This document shows, one piece after another, positions 62,001 through 64,000 of a DNA stretch of 64,000 nt. The DNA is from Clostridia bacterium. Lineage in GTDB: Bacteria > Bacillota > Clostridia > RUG12999. Below the pieces are notes generated by a model that saw nothing but the letters and a program-made list of their open reading frames with translations, did no database searches and was not told the DNA's origin. Numbering within the stretch: the stretch's first letter is position 1; every line of letters starts with the position of its first letter. Location: NCBI GenBank assembly GCA_022801925.1, contig JAAWTG010000003.1:20611-84610 (forward strand), written 5' to 3'. The translations under genes and the position numbers were made by a program.

Positions 62001-62923
62001 TGCTGAAAGCGAAGAAAAAAGTAGAGGATTTAGGCATTGAATTTAACACTACCACAATGAATATATCGACTTCGCAGGAAGATTTTAACATAGAGGATAT
62101 CACTGTTTTTGCAGACAGGGAAATTGATACAGTAAAACTGAATGGTGAATCGGTAGCGTTCAAACAAGCGGGTGCATATCTGTATTTTGGTGATAAACCG
62201 ATTGAAGATGGCAATACACCGGTAGTTACACCGACCCCCACGGCTACGCCGGCGCCGACACAATCCGTTCCGAACCACGGTAACGGCGGCGGTGGTGGCG
62301 GCAGCACTTCCGGTGTGACGAACATACCGACGCCGACAGCGGAAGTGCCTACACCAACACCAAGCGGGACAACGCAGCCGCAGCAGGGAAGCAGGTATTT
62401 CAGCGATGTTACCGTGCAGGCTCCATGGGCGGCAGAAGCGGTAGATTACCTTTGTGAAAAAGGGATTGTCAGCGGCGTTGCACAGGGGATATTTGCGCCG
62501 GAACAATCTGTAAAACGTGAGGAAATTGTGAAAATGATTGTGTTGTCGAAAAATCTTGCGCCTAATGCAGCAGTAAACCTTCCGTTCACAGATGTGCCGG
62601 AGAATCACTGGGCAAGACCTTACATTGCCGCGGCGTATGAAGCGGGCATTGTACAAGGAATTTCAGAGACGGAATTTGGACTAGAGCAAAATGTGTCGCG
62701 TCAGGATTTGGCGGTGCTGTGCGAGCGTGCGCTGCACGAAGCGTCAGAGATGGCAGAGCCAGAGACGGCGTTTACGGACGAAAATCAAATTGCACCATAT
62801 GCGCTGGAAAGCGTGAAACGGCTGTGCAAAACAGGCGTTATTGGCAGCGGCGGAAGTTTCAGGCCGTTGGATTACGCCACTCGCGCAGAATGTGCAAAAA
62901 TTCTATATGGATTGATACAGTAA
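59060..62923 (+). CDS. SLH-anchored polysaccharide lyase of the heparinase II/III / alginate-lyase superfamily
   Basis: Signal peptide. An alginate-lyase-like N-terminal alpha/alpha toroid region, then a heparinase II/III-like block (HCHNDDGNIIMFAYGNYLLVDPLYYTYTS). A Pro/Thr linker, poly-Gly, and three SLH repeats at the C-terminus. Confidence 0.7.
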   Translation: MKQYKKTFCLLLGGLLLSNAIMSSAMAAPETVSADVQTVTVAAEAAPEEIYDYDRNAAYARLAQWQDPNYMSDEEFFGKYENGQWVNAGKLDYERIPDLSAVKAAVEQQNYELAKEEWLQYFREKRERIPATKPEFTRADMLSSQLLEYDLNWNTNSNITPLDIITVPAEKGEILLNMEPTLKTLRGKNELLTVYLIGLKKDGSVAEFDSRNKEGGHAPTLEVTIDGVTTPIVARDDTYVSPCENHNKIYGLEDTFLVEESVSSIGKGKDVKGKSINVPADKNTKRGLIQFDLSGFPEDAEISNAVIKLYGKNIGQEGNTGDMQVAAFSIANYGWPEAQQTFYGPNGTGLDHLIFSWYGDGAIGYLPTRTIYPIRDPYISSKAICGHRFPEEIARFARWWTSPINGYLSAAEDNEHYAFIAIKQLAHLLDERGDEPGFDLQQWLDVSCRSESMSKGLFNLCTSEHMSTEIWTAITKYMWQMGKRLTEATPTGTNGTTFIISGFNHLNVYFYEFRQHYDWAKTIRHYSDVNVTASVKADGAGVEGGLGYVANVYKGQAGWVQINESMGVMEEASMPISPELKSTIARGLRYVMHMTGPGYVDNQMGDGGNHRTDYKSQFKLGGEQLADDTSLIDDYLLYAGTDGAQGKQDPVTSVMYPLDMRMVMRTGWAKNDLYLMNSVNEDKTHCHNDDGNIIMFAYGNYLLVDPLYYTYTSGDPYGTKLKSSLMHNTVNMNGKNQNAQTGGSVNLWGSNSVFDISNMGTQNVPDAKQFNRSVVFVKPGYYIVSDYLIPKNNNVNTYSQDWHFLPTANIMADEETGQLRTNFEAEANLMIAQDSMENIDVTINTNGLYSEGNSHLVQNVKYAEYKQETKGPAVFNTVLYPVRAGGSAEVETMPLVVEDVKENGASAMEIRTHDADQNMQTQAQYYMVHDFEQQKMRNYGDYRTDALFNYVEQNGEGKNTKILMQGGTQIRQRKSGSYSVLLKAKKKVEDLGIEFNTTTMNISTSQEDFNIEDITVFADREIDTVKLNGESVAFKQAGAYLYFGDKPIEDGNTPVVTPTPTATPAPTQSVPNHGNGGGGGGSTSGVTNIPTPTAEVPTPTPSGTTQPQQGSRYFSDVTVQAPWAAEAVDYLCEKGIVSGVAQGIFAPEQSVKREEIVKMIVLSKNLAPNAAVNLPFTDVPENHWARPYIAAAYEAGIVQGISETEFGLEQNVSRQDLAVLCERALHEASEMAEPETAFTDENQIAPYALESVKRLCKTGVIGSGGSFRPLDYATRAECAKILYGLIQ

Positions 62924-62933
62924 CAAAACGGAA

Positions 62934-62957
62934 CCCCTTCACCCTTGGATGAAGGGG
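62934..62957 (+). terminator. Candidate terminator hairpin (CCCCTTCA/TGAAGGGG) after the lyase gene
   Basis: 8-bp stem with an 8-nt loop. The downstream T-run is weak. Confidence 0.4.
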
Positions 62958-63026
62958 ATTCCGCTATATTTCGGCGGCTTTGGTTTATAACAGAAACAGA
63001 TGGAAGTGAAAGGATGAGTGAAAATA

Positions 63027-64000
63027 ATGAAAAATTCGCAGAGAGTTACGCTGGAACCGGTGGCAATGCCGGAACGTTTCCGGTTCGATGAAACATTTGT
63101 TTCCAAAGCAGTAAAAAACGCTACAGATATTATTTTGGCAAATTTAAGTGAATATGTACATATGTATCCCACTGCGGCAAGTGAAAAGTTACAGTATGGG
63201 AAACAAAAAAATGGGGAAGATTGGGTAGAAGGTTTTTGGACAGGAATGTTGTGGCTGAGCTATGAATTAACCGGAAACGAATTGTTTCGGGCAGTGGCAG
63301 AGGCGCAGTTTGATGATTTTCAGGAGCGGCTGAACCGTTTCGGCGGGCTGTCTCATCATGATATTGGTTTTTTATATGTTCCTTCCGCAGTGGCACAATA
63401 TAAAATTACAGGAGCACATAAAGCGCGGGAATTGGGCTTGCGCGCAGCGGAGCAATTGGCGAAACGCTTCAGTGAAACGGCAGGCATTATTCAGGTGCGG
63501 GATACAGACCGCCAAGGAGTATTTATTGTGGATTGCAGCATGAATTTGCCGCTGCTGTTTTGGGCGGCGCAAACAACAGGAGACCACAGTTATTATAGTA
63601 AAGCGCTGCGGCACATTACCCAAGTGTGTAACTATATTATCCGTGATGACGCTTCCACATTTCAGCGTTTCCAAATTGATGAAGTTACGGGGCAGCCGGG
63701 CAAGGGGGAACAAGGACAGGGATATGATGACAAATCCTGTTGGGCGCGCGGGCAATCGTGGGTGATTTATGGACTTGCGCTGGCATATCGCTATACGCGC
63801 GAACCGGAATTTTTAGAAATGGGAAAACGTGTAGCGAATTATTGTCTGAATCGTTTGCCAAGCGACCATGTCTGTTGTTGGGATTTGATTTTTACAGGGG
63901 ACGGGGATGCACGCGATTCTTCGGCAGCGCCTATCATTGCCTGCGGGCTGCTGGAGTTGGCGGAGCATCTGCCGGAGGAGGATATGCATAAACAGCTTTA
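63027..64000 (+). CDS. Unsaturated glucuronyl hydrolase-like protein (glycoside hydrolase family 88), 3'-truncated by the window end
   Basis: Open frame from the ATG at 63027 to the window end, translated by eye. EGFWTGMLWLSYELTGNE and SHHDIGFLY blocks are typical of GH88. Missing from the ORF track because there is no stop in the window. Confidence 0.7.
   Translation, partial: MKNSQRVTLEPVAMPERFRFDETFVSKAVKNATDIILANLSEYVHMYPTAASEKLQYGKQKNGEDWVEGFWTGMLWLSYELTGNELFRAVAEAQFDDFQERLNRFGGLSHHDIGFLYVPSAVAQYKITGAHKARELGLRAAEQLAKRFSETAGIIQVRDTDRQGVFIVDCSMNLPLLFWAAQTTGDHSYYSKALRHITQVCNYIIRDDASTFQRFQIDEVTGQPGKGEQGQGYDDKSCWARGQSWVIYGLALAYRYTREPEFLEMGKRVANYCLNRLPSDHVCCWDLIFTGDGDARDSSAAPIIACGLLELAEHLPEEDMHKQL

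Noticed and set aside
63014-63085. Alternative start ATG at 63014 for the last gene
   Set aside because: That frame terminates after about 23 codons. The long GH88-like frame starts at the ATG at 63027.

Overview
This 64-kb window looks like a Firmicutes/Clostridia-type chromosome segment, about 50% GC, with frequent TTG/GTG starts and several SLH-domain proteins. Most of it is core genome. It begins with the 3' end of an SLH-type surface protein, then a phosphorelay encoding a response regulator with an HD-GYP output, an Hpt protein and a hybrid sensor kinase. A polar-amino-acid ABC transporter follows on the minus strand. Next come typA, nrdR, a PHP phosphoesterase, a polysaccharide deacetylase, an orphan family-5 solute-binding protein, pcrA, yybS-like/gdpP/rplI/dnaB, tilS/hpt/ftsH, secA, prfB (with a programmed +1 frameshift), hisZGHAFIE, and an NfeD/SPFH pair. 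The most interesting region is 36.6-46.9 kb, a tightly packed 8-gene minus-strand operon: a VTC-domain protein, a DUF4956 membrane protein, a CotH-like kinase, a secreted glycoside hydrolase, an alpha-helical-repeat membrane protein, a processive GT2 polysaccharide synthase, a DivIVA-domain protein and an EAL sensor phosphodiesterase. Its leader carries a sigma-A promoter followed by what I read as a c-di-GMP-I (GEMM) riboswitch aptamer and a perfect intrinsic terminator placed directly on the RBS. This looks like a c-di-GMP-gated exopolymer module with a built-in c-di-GMP phosphodiesterase, and I could not assign it to a described system. Downstream are convergent tRNA-fMet and tRNA-Leu(UAA) genes with their own promoter and terminator, an intergenic region full of short repeats (one family recurs at 6.0 kb and 41.6 kb), and a polysaccharide-utilisation-like locus: LplABC-type ABC transporter, three SLH-anchored surface proteins including a heparinase II/III-like lyase, and a partial GH88 hydrolase. 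No CRISPR arrays, transposases or rRNA genes were seen.
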